Source of the DNA: Octopus sinensis
Taxonomy: Eukaryota
DNA: 64,000 bases
Assembly: GCF_006345805.1 (NCBI RefSeq)
Contig: NC_043006.1
Span: forward strand, 7,998,001 to 8,062,000
Direction of reading: 5' to 3'
Positions 38,389 to 51,169 of this stretch are shown here, one piece after another. Within the stretch, counting starts at the first letter, position 1; the number at the start of each line of letters is the position of its first letter. The notes under the pieces are model-generated. The model ran no database searches. It was not told where the DNA came from and saw only the letters and a program-made list of their open reading frames with translations. Both the position numbers and the translations under genes were made by a program.

Positions 38389-39258
38389 CAGGGTGTGGTG
38401 AATAAACTGTCGTGTAAATTACGCAAAAATGAAAATAAAACTGACATCTTATTTTAACGGATATATTTACCGAAATTACATTAAAAAATATCTTGAAATA
38501 CTAAGGAATTTATTTAATAAAATCGCCATTGGCATCAACCATGCTCTCAAGACAACTTCAGAATCTCCTGCACTCTTCTGGGCGGTTTCCTTGTTTAAGT
38601 CAGTGAATATTGCCATAAACTTTGCCTTCAATGCATCTTTGGTGTTACAAGGAGTTTTGTTGGTCACTTGCTCAACTGCACCTCACAAATAATAATCAAG
38701 GGGGTTACAGGCTGGGGAGTTAGGTGGCGAGATGTTAGGGTTGATGTGGTCGCAGAAATTGTCTGACAGCTATGATTGGGTTCTCCTGCTTGTGTGGCGT
38801 GGTGTACTAGTCCTGTTGACAGACGTAGGGTCTTCTAGCAGCCAACCTCTTCGGCCAGGGCAGTACTACCTCCTCCAGGCGCTTGATGTAGGCCCCCATG
38901 TTGAATGTGAGGCCGTGTGGGAAGATGAATGGAGACATAACGTCACCATCACTAGTGACCACCCCAAACACCGTGTTGTTGCTTGGATGTTTGATTTTTA
39001 TCACTCTCAGTACAAGTCCTCAGACTGACACCCAAACATTCTGAAATGTTCGTATTGGGGGTTCCGACGCGAATACCAAGCGATACAGCATGTCGTTTCC
39101 AAATTCTGGCAGAGTGAATTGCGTCGTGGTGCTGTTTTTCTCACAGACGTTACCCAACTGACCCTACAATACTGTGTAGTCAACAACATCAAAAACATAA
39201 AATGCGCATGCGTTAATTTAAAAGTATAAAATGGTGAAAATTTACCCATCGCACCCTG
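38389..39258 (-). mobile_element. Tc1/mariner DD37D (maT-type) transposon, internally deleted pseudogene
   Basis: TA-CAGGGTG...CACCCTG-TA ends. Minus strand KHP..VFGVVTSDG..PFIFPHGL..RPYVCQQD, then 37 codons (after a 1-nt shift) to NSPACNPLDY; contains stops. Confidence 0.9.
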
Positions 39259-39284
39259 TATATATGTGTGTGTGTGTGTGCGTT

Positions 39285-39337
<53 letters not shown>

Positions 39338-39479
39338 CTTTATTTATCTATTAATTCACAAAGGAATATAAGGATAACAATCACGTTAGTAATTTTCATC
39401 AAGTAGTCCGCATGCTATAAAAATTTAGAGGCAATTAATATATTAAATTAATAATAGTGTATATATGCATATAATTAAA

Positions 39480-39617
39480 TCAAGGGAGATCGGGAGAAAA
39501 CGTCCTTTCTCCAACATGTTTGAAGTGCCGATACCTTCAAAAACTACTACTTGTTTTTGAAGGTATCGGCACTTGAAGCATGCTAAAGAAAAGTCGTTTT
39601 CGCCCGATCTCTATTGA
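39480..39617. repeat. Hairpin: 22-bp perfect stem, ~65-bp imperfect arms, 8-nt loop
   Basis: aagtgccgataccttcaaaaac 39523-39544 / gtttttgaaggtatcggcactt 39553-39574. Confidence 0.9.
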
Positions 39618-39680
39618 GATCTGGCTGCTATTTCCAGCGTGGCAGTATCTCTTAGATACCCTAAATTTATATATATATAT

Positions 39681-40075
39681 GTGACTGTGTGGTAAGTAGC
39701 TTGCTAACCAACCACATGGTTCCGGGTTCAGTCCCACTGCGTGGCATCTTGGGCAAGTGTCTTCTGCTATAGCCCCTGGCCTACCAATGCCTTGTGAGTG
39801 GATTTGGTAGACGGAAACTGAAAGAAGCCTGTCGTATATATGTATATATATATATATAAGTGTGTGTGTATATGTTTGTGTGTCTGTGTTTGTCCCCCTA
39901 GCATGCTTGACAACCGATGCTGGTGTGTTTACGTCCCCGTCACTTAGCGGTTCGACAAAAGAGACCGATAGAATAAGTACTGGGCTCACAAAGAATAAGT
40001 CCCGGGGTCGATTTGCTCGACTAAAGGTGGTGCTCCAGCATGGTCGCAGTCAAATGACTGAAACAAGTAAGAAGA
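39681..40075 (+). mobile_element. tRNA-SINE, family B
   Basis: Matches the other family B copies; first bases of the head are missing. Confidence 0.92.
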
Positions 40076-40122
40076 GAGAGAAAAAAAAAAGAAAAAGAGT
40101 ATATATATATATATATATATAT

Positions 40123-40400
40123 ATAATCAAAATAGGCAAGAAGGATAACCAAGGTAGTGTAGTACATTCGTTTTATGCTACTTCATTTTATTAAACACTG
40201 TAGATATTACATCAGTTTTAAAATGTCGAGCAATCTTCAGCCACATACAGAAATTTTTAATTAAACGGACAATGCACATTCTTATGCTTATTGCATTTGC
40301 CAATATTACAAAGAGGGTAGATATATAGACAGAGAGGTTAAGTTCATCATGAAGAACATGGTGGTAGTATGTCCTTTTCCATCTGTAGATTTTTTATCAT
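40123..40400. mobile_element. (TA)n-anchored interspersed repeat, second copy at ~49963-50240
   Basis: Both copies start ataatcaaaata immediately after a TA tract and are collinear for ~280 bp. Confidence 0.8.
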
Positions 40401-40418
40401 TTTTTATGTATATATATA

Positions 40419-40813
40419 TCTTTATATATAAAAGTAAGGTTGTGTGCTGTCTGTCTCCTACGATTTAGATTCCTAACTACTCCCACATTTTGCGGTGCAG
40501 TTTAACCAAAACCGGGTATCTTATAGTCATGATTCATATCGATCCCTTCTGGGTATTAGCGCGCGTCTACGATGAGTCTACGATTAAAAAAAAAAATTAC
40601 CATCAAGTTTTCCCATTTTTAATGCATTTTTGGCATATATAAGGGAAGTAACTCTCTAAAAAGTTATTATTAAATCTCAGAACGTAAAAAGCTACAGCAA
40701 CACTCCCCTTTGTGGTTAGCCATATTGAGATGGCCATTATACTTTACATCTCTAAAAATGCTTATATAGTTATTTTCCTTACAAACCCGAGCAACGCCGG
40801 GCGATACTGCTAG
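40419..40813 (+). mobile_element. Non-autonomous Helitron
   Basis: A|TCtttatatataaaag start; acaaacccgagcaacgccgggcgatactgCTAG|T end. Confidence 0.85.
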
Positions 40814-40929
40814 TTATATATAAAAAAAATAGATAAAACTTAGATATGTTTCGACCAGAGATTGGTCCAGGCCATGTCTAACTTAATAGCACCACCTGAT
40901 AGGATTATTCGAATCCTGTTTAAGTCAAG

Positions 40930-42070
40930 TTTGTTCAGTAGTGAGTTCTTGTTGGGTGAGTTGTATCCAGTTTTGTTCAAGTAGTGAGTTCTTGTTGGGT
41001 GAGTTGTATCCAATAGGGTGGCTTGTCTGTATCTTTGAAGGAATCTATCCAGACTCTGTTTGAAGTTGATGGGATCCTTTTCTCTTTGATCTCCCTCGGG
41101 ACAATGTTAAATAGGCAGGGCCTGTTGAGGAAAAGAAATTATGTTGCAGTGTACATGTATGTTGTGATCTTGAATTTGGCAGGGGACGTATAGCCCGTGG
41201 TCCAAGTCTCGGATGAACCTTGAAGCTAATGTTTAGGTCGTTTGGGCAAAGTTGGCGGTATATTTTCCAATCGTACAAATGATGTACCGCTCACGGCGAC
41301 GCTGGAGGGAGTAAAGTTTCAAGGCTTTAAGGCGATCCCAATAGTCGAGAGCAGCCATGCCTTCAATTGTTTAGTGAGAGCCCTCTGGGGTGACTCAATT
41401 CTGGAGATGTTTTGTCTTGTGTGAGGAGACCACAGTGGGCAGCAGTATTCAAGGTTGTGCCGTACAAAGGATGAAAAAAGTGGTATGATGACACCTTGTT
41501 CTCTGGACCGGAAAGTTCTTAAGATCCAGGAACTCATCCTACGAGCTGTATCGACCTTCTTATTGATGTGTGCGCTCCAACTGAGATCGTCATCAACAAT
41601 TACACCCAGGTCTCTGATATTGTTAGAGGCTGTGAGCGGTTCCCCTGAAGGAAGAGAGTATGGTGCTTTAGTGAGGAATTTCTTCCAAAATGCATCAGCT
41701 CAAATTTTCCCTCATTCGTTGCATTTTTTTCTGTCTGCCCATTGACTCACAGCATATAGGTCAGACTGGAGTTGAGTTCGGTCTGCTTCTTCATTGACGA
41801 TTGCTGGAGCTTAGTGTCATCAGCGAATATTTTCACTTTGCAGTGATGTACGACACTGGAAAGGTCGTTTACATAAATTATGAAGAGTAGCGGACCCAAA
41901 ACAGTTCCCTGGGGAACACCGCTGGTGACTTGGCTGGGTTTGAGTGGACTCCATCAACTACAACATGTTGTGTTCTATTCTCTAGGAAATACTGAATCCA
42001 GTGTAGAACTTTTCCACGGATTCCAACATTTGCCAATTTTGAGAGTAGGATGTTATGGTCTACCCTGTCA
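40930..42070 (-). mobile_element. CR1-type LINE, 5'-truncated RT and C-terminal pseudogene
   Basis: [25 protein letters not shown] (41882-41920), FADDTKL, FVRHNLEYCCPLWSP, LQRRRERY and LDRFLQ motifs, with frameshifts. Confidence 0.93.
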
Positions 42071-42879
42071 TATATACAAACATACATACAGAGACAGACA
42101 CATTCTATAACACCTTTTGCATTCAACAAGGGACAAGTTATGTTTCGTTTTGTATAAAATAAAATTCGACCGTTAATATCTAGTATGTCTCTAAAATTTA
42201 AGAATGTTTACTTTGTTTTATTTGAAAACTTAATAAGGATCTGTAAACTAGTAAATCCTCGATAGAGTAATGTCAGATTTACTTTTATTAGAATTATATT
42301 TTTAAACAGTTGTCAGTTTTTTTAATTATCCCGTCTAATAAATTATTAACACTAACACGTGAAATCTTAAGTAACTTTAAGCTATAAAAATACACCATGG
42401 AGTGTAAATTGTGCTTAATTAGTCTAAGCCATGTCAGCATGGAACAGTGGCATTAACTGAAGATGATGAAGAGAGGCCGACTGATTCTTTTACAACTTAC
42501 GACTGAATCCGTTACTCTTCAATGGTTCCATAATGACTTCCAAACCGGTAATGCAAATTAGCCATTCTAAAGTCCTTTATTTCAACATTAAATATTGCTG
42601 CTGCTAAAACGCTATTGCCACCAGGTTTTTTTCTTTCATAGTATTTAATAATTTGCAGTTATAACAATATAATTATATTGTAGTGGCATTATCTAATATA
42701 TTTTTTATCTAATAATCGTTCTCATACAATGATGGATATAAATGAGCGAATCAAATTTTTTAAATATTCACTATTTTAATTCTTGAGTCGTATTAACGAA
42801 TTTGGGTGTTACTCGTCATATAACGAGTGTCATTGGAAGTATATTTTTGCCACCATGGGTAAACATTCACTATTGAAAA

Positions 42880-43350
42880 ATAATTATAATAACAATGAAA
42901 TTATTGTATACAGTGCTCAGGTGCACCACAACATGTCAAGAGTGCGTATAAAGCATATGCAGTAATGTACAAATGTCTGGAAAGCGAACAGTGTATGAGT
43001 CAGATACATGCTTGCGTGTGTATGGAGGGGAAAAATCAGGTGTAGTGTTGGCGAATCTTAGGAAGCATGGAAGTTTTGAAGGATACAGTACTCTGACAAC
43101 TAACAACTGATGCCGGCAGTTTGTTCCATGCTTCAGCAACATTCAGCGTGAAAAAAATGTTTCCGAAAGTCATGGGAGCTGTTCTGTTTTCTGACTTTGT
43201 AAATATGTCCACGGGTATTAGACGGGTGGAGTTTGAAAAGGTGCTCAGAGTTATTGTTAGTAAGATGGTTAATAATTTTATGGGTGTCTGCCAAGTCAGC
43301 TGCCAGACGTCGGAGTTTCAATGCGTCCATTGCCCAGGGAAGTAAGTCGT
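42880..43350 (-). mobile_element. CR1/L2-type LINE 3' end
   Basis: LKLRRLAADL...TRGHIYKVRKQ..DFRKHFF motifs. Confidence 0.85.
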
Positions 43351-43818
43351 TCAGAATATGGCAAATGCCTGATGGAGGGTATTCTCTTGATATTAAATAT
43401 TACAAGCATAAATAAACATACAAACCATCATACGCTCACACACACTCACACACATGTATGTGTGCATTTGTCTAAGCAAACTTACTACTTCTTTACCTCT
43501 TCCTACCAACTCCTTGTCATGCTTATCCTTACACTAAAACTGTTGTTATGTAGTTACGTATACATGAGTGTATCATGGACACAAATATTCCGTATATGTG
43601 TGTGCATGTTTGTGCTTATGAGTGTATATGTGTGTGTGTGAGAGCGTGTCATATTTTTGGCGTTCGTCAACGACGTAGCTTTTATCATCTTTACCATCCA
43701 CCTGCCTATGGTTGTCAACTTCAGCATTCTTCTGTCGACCTTAACTTCTTATATTAACCCTCACTGAATTTCTATTTCTGGTAAGAAATAGTTTCCAAAA
43801 GTAACAGAGAAACCCGGA

Positions 43819-43891
43819 GGTTTTCCTTAGCTCATCGGTAAAATGTCTGTCGTGTATACAGAGAATGTGGGCCCAAGTCCCATCGACAATC
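43819..43891 (+). pseudogene. Degenerate tRNA-like relic or SINE head (apparent TGT anticodon)
   Basis: A-box-like tagctcatcggta, perfect 5-bp stem tctgt/acaga with a 7-nt loop, T stem gtggg/cccat with a mutated loop. Confidence 0.4.
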
Positions 43892-44046
43892 TTCAAATTA
43901 TTTAAATCAATATTTATATGCTACTATTAGTTAGAGCTTTATCTACGTGGAGCTCAACCTTGACAAACGAATTAGTTCTCATTCGAAGTTTCAAAATTTT
44001 TATTACGTAAACAATATCTCTGTGTGTGCGTACATCTAGCTCGCTA

Positions 44047-44098
<52 letters not shown>

Positions 44099-45023
44099 AA
44101 TATGAAGCTGTATTAAACGTGACTGTAGATTTCAACCAACTAACATTTATATTGGCTATTATGATACACAGATAATTCTAAAAGTTCATTTTTATTATTG
44201 ACAAACCATTACTCCCAAAATACTCTACTATTGACATTCATTGTGAACAAGATACCAACTGCAATTTTTGTGATTGTTAGTATTACATCGGTCCGTTGGC
44301 ATTACAATATCTCCTATCATCAGTGGATTGCTATTACAATATCTAACCTTTCCATTATCTCATTGGGATTAATACCTAATACAATATAAATGTCATTTTT
44401 ATTTAATGCAATAACAATCGTTGTTATTATTGTAATATCGAATGACCCATCATCAGATTGCGATTGTGACGTCTAATAGAATATCAGTCAAATGTAATTG
44501 TGGTATCGAATGTAGAACCAGCTTATTGTAATTTCAGTATCTAATGCATCAGTATATTTCTATTATAATACAAGATACTGCATAATGTAAAGCAATGCTT
44601 GCTCATTGTCAGCTTAATATTAGTCTATAGCCATATCATTACAATAGCTATTATTGTTATTTTGATGACGTTTGGCCTTGTGGATGTAATGTTACGTTTA
44701 ATGAATGCTTAGAAATATAATTAACATCTGAAATACTAAGAAAATTATCTTCCGTTTCGTCTAATGTATGTACGTAACATTCCAACTGTGTGCATGAGCA
44801 TATATGAAGATGAATTCATTGATTTTATAATAGAAATGACACGAGTAAGAATGCACCAAATTTCTGAGTAAGTACGTGTGATAGATTTCAATCGACGCAG
44901 GAATAATTAAGTTATTTTCTCAAGAACACATTTAGCGTTAAAAGGAAATTAATAATTTCGTTTTGGGATTTGGTTTGCAAGATTCTTTATATGAGTTCGT
45001 CTGTTGAGGCATATTCTATTATC

Positions 45024-45303
45024 TCTGGGGAGAGTCATTTTCTTTTTGTGCCTTATAATGTAACACACTCACCGGTAAAATTTCTACTTATTTCGTTTTT
45101 TTTTTCCTAAAATTTTCGTTGCGTCTTGCAACCTTTTCAATAGTCTTGAGAGTCAAAACTATTGAAAAGGTTCAGAGTTAAGACTATTGAAAAGGTTGCA
45201 AGACGCAACGAAAATGTTAGGAAAAAGAAAAGAAAAAAGTAGAAACTTTACCGGTGAGTGTGTTACATTATAAGTCACAAAAAGAAAAATGACTCTCCCC
45301 AGA
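45024..45303. mobile_element. Fold-back pair of ~125-bp repeats with a hammerhead-like variant core
   Basis: Arms 45024-45147 and 45180-45303; TTGAAAA-g-gttgc/aagac/gcaac-GAAA in both. Confidence 0.7.
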
Positions 45304-47871
45304 CACAACGGAAATTAATAATCAATTAATATAATCTCAGATAAATTTGTCTTCTTATCCGTCTGTACTTTTATGGTTCTTGCTCATCATTGTTCTTGTT
45401 TTTTTTGTTTTTGCTTTTTTTTCTTATTCTTTTCCAAGTTTAAGGCTGATAAATTTCCCACCTCAAGAATTGAACTCATAACTGTGAGTCGAATATCTAC
45501 TCGTCAACTATAAATTGTCAACACAATACAGAGAGAGTAGACTGTGAAAACTTTGTATTACTGTTACGTAAACTAATTGTCAGTTGAGTATTAAATATAT
45601 TGTCAAAACACATCGCATTTCCAGTGTTCTATAGACAAGACCAAATGCGTCTTGTTTAACAGTGCATGGGTAAAGAAAAGAAAACACCTACATCCACTCG
45701 CGAAGCCTCCGTGCGGCCACTCCAACGACAACCAAATTTCTCTCAATTCAGATGTCATTGTTTATGAAAAGTGTGATGGTACTTATTGAATAATGTAGTT
45801 CAAACACACAATTAAAAAGATGCGACTGTCTCGGTTCGAATATATTTGTTCATATGTTTTCATATGAGCTGACTTGGAATTAAGTGTCTCCAACAACCTA
45901 TAAATCGATGTTGTAGGATGGCATCCTACAACATCGCAGCCAATCGGAAACATAGTACCACCATTTAGTCAATGGGCCTTCTGGAGCTGAAGGATCTAAG
46001 GCAGGAAATTGAAAATATTTATTATTAACAGATCCTAGACGTCCTTATTAATAGACACCTTGATTGATCCAGACTTATAACTAATGTAGCTTTTAAGACT
46101 CTCTTATGACAAAAAGACGAGGTGTGTAAATGTCAACCGGTTTTTAACGGTCTATTTCTGTATATTCCTTCTCTCTTCAGAACCAACATCCTCCAAAACG
46201 CCTTCTCTATTCCTCTTCATTTTCAAAATCAACTCGCAGAAGTTTCAAATCGAACATCAACAATATCAACTTTTTCATGCGTAGATGGCCTAACGGAGTA
46301 CCAAGCATTTCTCTGCCCCACCCCTCTCTATCCTTCGTTTTCTTAAAATAATAGGATAACCAATACACATTCCAGTGCATATCGATCACTCTTATGATAT
46401 TGTGCGAAAATGTATCAGGAAATATACCATATAAATTTATACTGTAAATTAATTTTATGACTCTTACGAATAAACAAGTCAATATCACGCGATTATACGT
46501 AATTATGAGGGAGATATTTCAGCAAAACTAAACTGAACTGAAAATATGTTTAAATAAACTACTTAAGTTCAAATTACTAACAATTAACGTGTTTAGTGAA
46601 TCACAATCAATCAATTATTGAATATCATCAACAATCCAATTAAATGGTGGGGAAGATATCCTGATAAATCTAAACAAGAGTCGGTAGCAATGCTGTTTAA
46701 TGAATTATTAAGTAATTCAGAAGAAGAAGTATTAAACCATTGATGAAATTAAAGTGTGAACATAAAATATTGTTGATCTCGTTGTTATTTGCAGCAATCA
46801 GAATATCAACTTTTGTGATCAAATTCATAAATATATAGACAATTTTAAAAGGATTGGAACAATATCTACAAACTTTCCCATTGCTATGTGATATTTTCAT
46901 GAGTACCAGGGTCTCCTACATCCGAATCTTAACCCATAAAGTCTATTGGATTGAGCTCTAATTTATAACAACATTCTCTGGCGATTTTGTATCTTTTCCA
47001 AGCTGTTAACTAAGAAATGCGAAATAGATGCCATGCGTTTGAAAACAACAAAAAGAACTGAGCCCACATTAATTACTAGTTTATTGCATTGTCTAGTCAA
47101 TGCAATTTTCTTTTAATTACCGAAATTCAGATAAGGTTCTGATCGATTTTACGCTTCTAGTTCCTATTAATTATTATATGTTGGCTCTTATTTATAATCT
47201 TCAAAGAAATCTAGATTTTAGGATACTTCCTGTAGTTTGGAAACAAATCCTATAACTATTCGAACATCTTCACGTTGTTCAGAGAGATATCGTTGAGATG
47301 TTTTATCGGTAGAGGGAGCCTGGGGAAGATAAGCAATAAAAAGTTGTTTGCTTAATCGAAATGTTGACGTTTTCCTAAATATTCTAATTTGATGCCGTGA
47401 GCTAGCAAGTTTTTCATTAGGTGTTCATTAAGTGTAGTCAAACTATAATTGACTTCATCTTCAACTTAGAAACGGCTTCCGATGTGCCATGACAAGTTCC
47501 TTGCAAAACCTCGTCATTTATATGCATTTAACTCATCTAAAAATCACGATTAAGGCAGAAATCTAGTTCCACACATGTTTCGCTCCGTCGAATACAATTA
47601 GCCATTTGCCACACACATTGTTTCCTACCAATTACCACTAACAAACGGCATTCTTTAATACTGCTTTTTTTTTATTTCTTCTATTAATCTTCGTTGGATA
47701 ATTGCCATTCTGTACTTTAACATATATTTTGGCAGAAGGTTTCAATCTGTTGAACTGTGGCCTTGTTGATGAAATACTCTCAGTCAAGCATATTTACACC
47801 ACTCTTTGCTTCAGCCTGACGATATTTTATTCAATCCTATGTTACAGAACATAAAAGAGCATGATCTATAT

Positions 47872-48290
47872 CTCTTTTACTCTTTTACTCTTTTACTTGT
47901 TTCAGTCATTTGACTGCGGCCATGCAGGAGCACCACCTTTAATCGAACAACTCGACCCCGGGACTTATTCTTTTGTAAGCTCAGTACTTATTCTATTGGT
48001 CTCTTTTGCCGAACCGCTAAGTTATGGGGACATAAGCACACCAGCATCGGTTGTCGAGCAATGCTAGAGGGACAAACACAGACACACAAACACATACACG
48101 CACATATATATATACATATATATATACGACGGGCTTCTTTCAGTTTCCGTCTACCAAATCCACTCACAAGGCTTTGGTCGGCCCGAGGCTATAGTAGAAG
48201 ACACTTGCCCAAGTTGCTACGCAGTGAGACTGAACCCGGCACCATGTGGTTGGTAAACAAGATACTTACCACACAGCCGCTCCTGCGCCT
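47872..48290 (-). mobile_element. tRNA-SINE, family B
   Basis: Full-length match. Confidence 0.93.
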
Positions 48291-48318
48291 ATGTATATAT
48301 ACATATGCATACACACAC

Positions 48319-48366
<48 letters not shown>

Positions 48367-48810
48367 AGAGCATAAAATCCACAGAGTTGTCTCCACTTAC
48401 TCACAGGAATTGGATAACTCCTACCCCATATTTTGTTTTGACACATATTTACCAAACGCTTTAAACCAAGCACTACTTTTAAGTAGATGGATCTTAATCC
48501 TCCAAAGAAATTTTTCCAAGGACTATTATTGAACTCTAAAGGCATAAAGACTCTACAATGTATTGGTATACTTTTTATTAATTTTTGTATATATGCATTA
48601 TTATTTTTTTGAAAAAAAACATTGTAAATTTCCTTCTTTCCCTTCCTCAATTTACAAAAAAAATATTTTCCCCTTCCAAATCTTGAATATTTACCTTGCG
48701 ATGAAAACCGGTTTCATTTATTTGTTTTTTTTTTTTTATTTTCCATACACCCTTTGTATTAAAATTTTTACTTTCAATTTAGCATTCTGCCTTACTAATA
48801 GTTTCCTCTC

Positions 48811-48850
<40 letters not shown>

Positions 48851-48923
48851 GTAGAAATTGATATTAATAAATTAAAACAAGTGGCCTAGCATATTTAAAA
48901 AATTCGAAGATTAAAAATTTCTT

Positions 48924-49071
48924 TACATACAAAATTTAGAGGAATGACCACTAAAAGTGGACAGACTGTATGCTAGATATATGGCGATTTTAGAAAATGG
49001 CAATATTGACGTCCATATCTAGCATACAGGCTGTCCACTTTTAGTGGTCATTCATTTAAATTTTGTGTGTA
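48924..49071. repeat. Inverted repeat, ~57-bp arms
   Basis: gaatgaccactaaaagtggacag(a/c)ctgtatgctagatat on both strands. Confidence 0.9.
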
Positions 49072-49083
49072 TATATATATATA

Positions 49084-49258
49084 GGCGCAGGAGTGGCTGT
49101 GTGGTAAGTTGCTTGCTAACCAATCACATGGTTCCGGGTTCAGTCCCACCGCGTGGCACCTTGGGCAGGTGTCTTCTGCTATAGCCCCGGCCCGACCAAT
49201 GCCTTGTGAGTGGATTTGGTAGACAGAAACTGAAAGAAGCCTGTCGTATATATGTATG

Positions 49259-49289
<31 letters not shown>

Positions 49290-49503
49290 AGCTGTTTGAG
49301 TGTCTGTGTTTGTCCCCCTAGCATTGCTTGACAACCGATGCTGGTGTGTTTACGTCCCCGTCGCTTAGCGGTTCGGCAATAGAGACCGATAGAATAAGTA
49401 CTGGGCTTACAAAGAATAAGTTCCGGGGTCCATTTGCTCGACTAAAGGCGGTGCTCCAGCATGGCCGCAGTCAAATGACTGAAACAAGTAAAAGAGTAAA
49501 AGA
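49084..49503 (+). mobile_element. tRNA-SINE, family B
   Basis: Full-length match. Confidence 0.93.
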
Positions 49504-49510
49504 AAAGATG

Positions 49511-49559
<49 letters not shown>

Positions 49560-49910
49560 GGCAATTCACAAGAAAAAAAACAAAAGACGAAGATAGGTGG
49601 TGTAGACAACAAACAGATCTATTAGTTTAACGCTCGGGGAGTGAAAAAGTCTTTAACGTTTCGAGAAGTTAAGCTGTTCACGCGTGAATGAAGCAGCACC
49701 AATACAGATGTCAATGTATTAATCGTATAGCTCAGGAGTGGGACCGATAAAGTGTGGGAATATTTCAGCTCCAACATAGCCAAGGAATACATTCACGTAA
49801 GTTGGGGCCATATTCGTCCCCTTCGCTTCTCCCGAGTAAATGGTAGAGTTGCCTGAGGTCCTGACAATTATCCATCGTCTGTTATCATTCAATTATTCAT
49901 TTGATCTTAT

Positions 49911-49965
<55 letters not shown>

Positions 49966-50801
49966 ATCAAAATAAGCAACAAGGATATCCAAGGTAGAGT
50001 AGTACAATTTTTTCATGCTACTTCATTTTATTAAACACTGTAAGTATTACATCAGTTTTAAAATGTCGAGCAATATTCAGCCACATATAGAATTTTCCAA
50101 TTAAACGGACACTACACATTCTTATCCCTATTTGATTTGCCAACGTTACAAAGAGGGTAGATATGTAGACAGAGAGATTAATTTCATCATTAAGAACATG
50201 TTGGTAGTATGATCATTCCCCGTCTGCAGATTTTATCATTGAGTTCACATTGTTATTTAGATCTATCAGTGGGGAGGCTTTTTTAATTCTTGGTTGAATG
50301 GAGACAAACAAGAATTTTTCTATTTATAGATAGAGGAAGGGGTAATACGAATGTCAAAACCGCATATATATATGTATGTGTGTGTGTGTGTATGTGTGTG
50401 TGTGTGTGCGAAAAGAGAATGAAAATAAAAAATATTTTTGTAGTTACCCTCAGACTCAAATTTCTGTATCAATGTGCAAAATAGATTAATTTGCTCTTCG
50501 TATTTCTTCCGTGAGGGCGCTAAAATAAATGCACATTTATGGAAATATCACGGAAAATACACGTGCTACATACTTATACATTATAATTCTCAAATCCACC
50601 GCGCAAGCGCAGTTACATTTGGTAGCAAATAATAATAAAAAATATTAAAACTGCGTACTAGAAAGGCTTTGAAACTATGAAACTTGTACTGTGAAAATTA
50701 ATAAGGGTATAAAATCTAGAAAAAATGTCATTCCCGTGGCTAGCATGCGTTATAAATTCAATAGACAACATATTTTCATATATAATAGTGTATAAACGAT
50801 T

Positions 50802-50955
50802 CACGTAAGAGGTGACCTTTGACAGGATAATTTACATGCTAGAAATAGTAGTTATAGCCCAAACCACGAATAGGAAATTGCTCTTATCCATGGTTTGGGG
50901 TTTAACTGCCATTTCTAGCATGTAAGGTGTCCTGTCAAAGGTTACCTCTTTCGTG
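50802..50955. repeat. Inverted repeat, ~68-bp arms, short loop
   Basis: cacgtaagaggtgacctttgacagga... / ...tcctgtcaaaggttacctctttcgtg. Confidence 0.88.
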
Positions 50956-51169
50956 TATAAATATGTGAATTGTTTATACACTGTTATATATGAAAATATA
51001 TTGTCTATTGAATTTATTACGCGTGCTAGCACCTACAGGGAATTTTTCGAAATTTTCTACCCTTATTATTTTCATAGTGCATGTTTGTGTGTGTGTATGT
51101 GTGTGTGTGTGCGCGCGCGCATGTGTATGTGTGTGTGTGTGCGTGTGTGTCTTGGCACAAGGATCACAA

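Noticed and set aside
40200-40250. CTGAAGA...AAAAC-TGAT-GTA on the minus strand as a hammerhead
   Set aside because: G12 is missing in both copies and stems I and II do not pair next to the core.
40840-40890. gacca/tggtc hairpin followed by GAAAC on the minus strand
   Set aside because: No CUGANGA-like 5' core.
46150-46350. Strong acceptor (ttccttctctcttcag) followed by open frames
   Set aside because: No good donor, no recognisable peptide, and several frames are open because of low complexity.
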